Assembly: GCF_044704955.1 (NCBI RefSeq)
Contig: NC_091997.1
Span: 16,554,001-16,618,000, forward strand
Length of the DNA: 64,000 nucleotides
Direction of reading: 5' to 3'
DNA from: Pristiophorus japonicus
Taxonomy: Eukaryota
Below the pieces are notes generated by a model that was not told where the DNA came from, made no database searches, and saw only the letters and a list, made by a program, of their open reading frames with translations. The translations under genes were made by a program, and so were the position numbers. How positions within the stretch are numbered: position 1 is the first letter of the stretch; every line of letters starts with the position of its first letter. This document shows positions 63,069 to 64,000 of the stretch, one piece after another.

Positions 63069-64000
63069 CCATCATCATAGGCAGTCCCTCGAAGTTGTGG
63101 GTGACTTGCTTCCACACTAGAAATGAGTTCTCAGGTGGCTGAAGAGGTCAAATGCGGGACCTACAGTCTCTGTCACAGGTGGGGCAAAAGGTGGTTGAAG
63201 GAAAGGGTGGGTGGGGAGCCTGGGTTGCCGCGCGCTCCTTCCGCTGTCGACGTTTCGCCTTCAGCTTGCTCTCGGCGAAGAGACTCGAGGTGTTCAGCGC
63301 CTTCCCGGATGCTTTTCCTCCCCTTTGGGCGGTCTTAGGCCAGGGTTTCCCAGGTGTCGGTGGGAATGTTACATTTCTTCAAGGAAGCTTTGAGGTTGTC
63401 CTTGAAGCGTTTCCTCTGCCCAGCTGGGGCTCGCTTGCCATGCCGGAGTCTCGTGCCAGGCATGCGGGCAGTGTGGTCCGTTCAGCAGAGCTGAGCGAGC
63501 GTGGTCAGTGCTTCGATGCTGGGGATATTGGCCTGAGCGAGGACACTGACGTTGGTGCGCCTGTCCTGCCAATGGATTTGCAGGATCTTGCGGAGGCAGC
63601 ATTGGTGGTACTTCTCCAGTGTTTTGAGGTGCCTGTTGTACATAGTTCATGTCTCTGAGCTATATAGGCGGGTGGGTATCACAACTGCATTGTAGACCAT
63701 GAGCTTGGTGCCGGGTTTGAGGTCCTGGTCTTCAAACATTCTCTTCCTCAGGCGACCGAAGGCTGCACTGGCACACTGAAAGCAGTGTTGGACCTCGTCG
63801 TCAATGTCTGCCCTTGTTGACAGTAGATCCCGAGGTATGCAAAATGGTGCACGTTGTCCAAGGCCTTGTCGTGGATTTTGATAACCCGGGGGCTGTGCTG
63901 TGTGGCGGGGGCAGGTTGGTAGAGGACCTTTGTCTTACGGATGTTCAGTGTAAGGCCCATGCTTTCGTATGCCTCGGTGAAGGTGTTGACGATGGCTTGG
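63069..64000 (-). mobile_element. RTE LINE 3' portion (continues beyond window)
   Basis: Homologous to 24862-25418 plus 28470-28880, uninterrupted at the GCATT site; same (TGA)n tail. Confidence 0.92.

Overview
Eukaryotic, repeat-dominated window, most likely from a cartilaginous fish (shark-type CR1/L2/RTE LINEs, Deu-domain SINE, GC-rich PIF/Harbinger MITEs); the taxon is inferred from repeat style only. The only host gene I can support is SAMD14-like on the + strand: three GT-AG, phase-compatible coding exons at 39763-39920, 40947-41283 and 50701/50707-50794. Its first coding exon and SAM-domain exons were not found here. LTR elements: (i) a pol-less ERV at 16668-21975 (-) with a 4-bp TSD, a tRNA-Ser-like PBS, a decayed F-protein-like (lokiretrovirus-type) env and an internal 82-bp inverted duplication; (ii) a gag-protease-only Gypsy at 25419-28464 (-) nested in an RTE LINE; (iii) a full-length degenerate Gypsy at 54490-59077 (+) with TG...TA LTRs; (iv) several solo LTRs. 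Most unusual observation: two of three copies of one solo-LTR family are interrupted at the same nucleotide by inserts with ~14-bp duplications, and the longest insert is an L1/Tx1 3' end. This suggests a sequence-specific retrotransposon that targets another transposon's LTR. Family names come from recalled motifs, not database searches, and boundaries of degenerate repeats are approximate. Most short ORFs in the supplied track are spurious.
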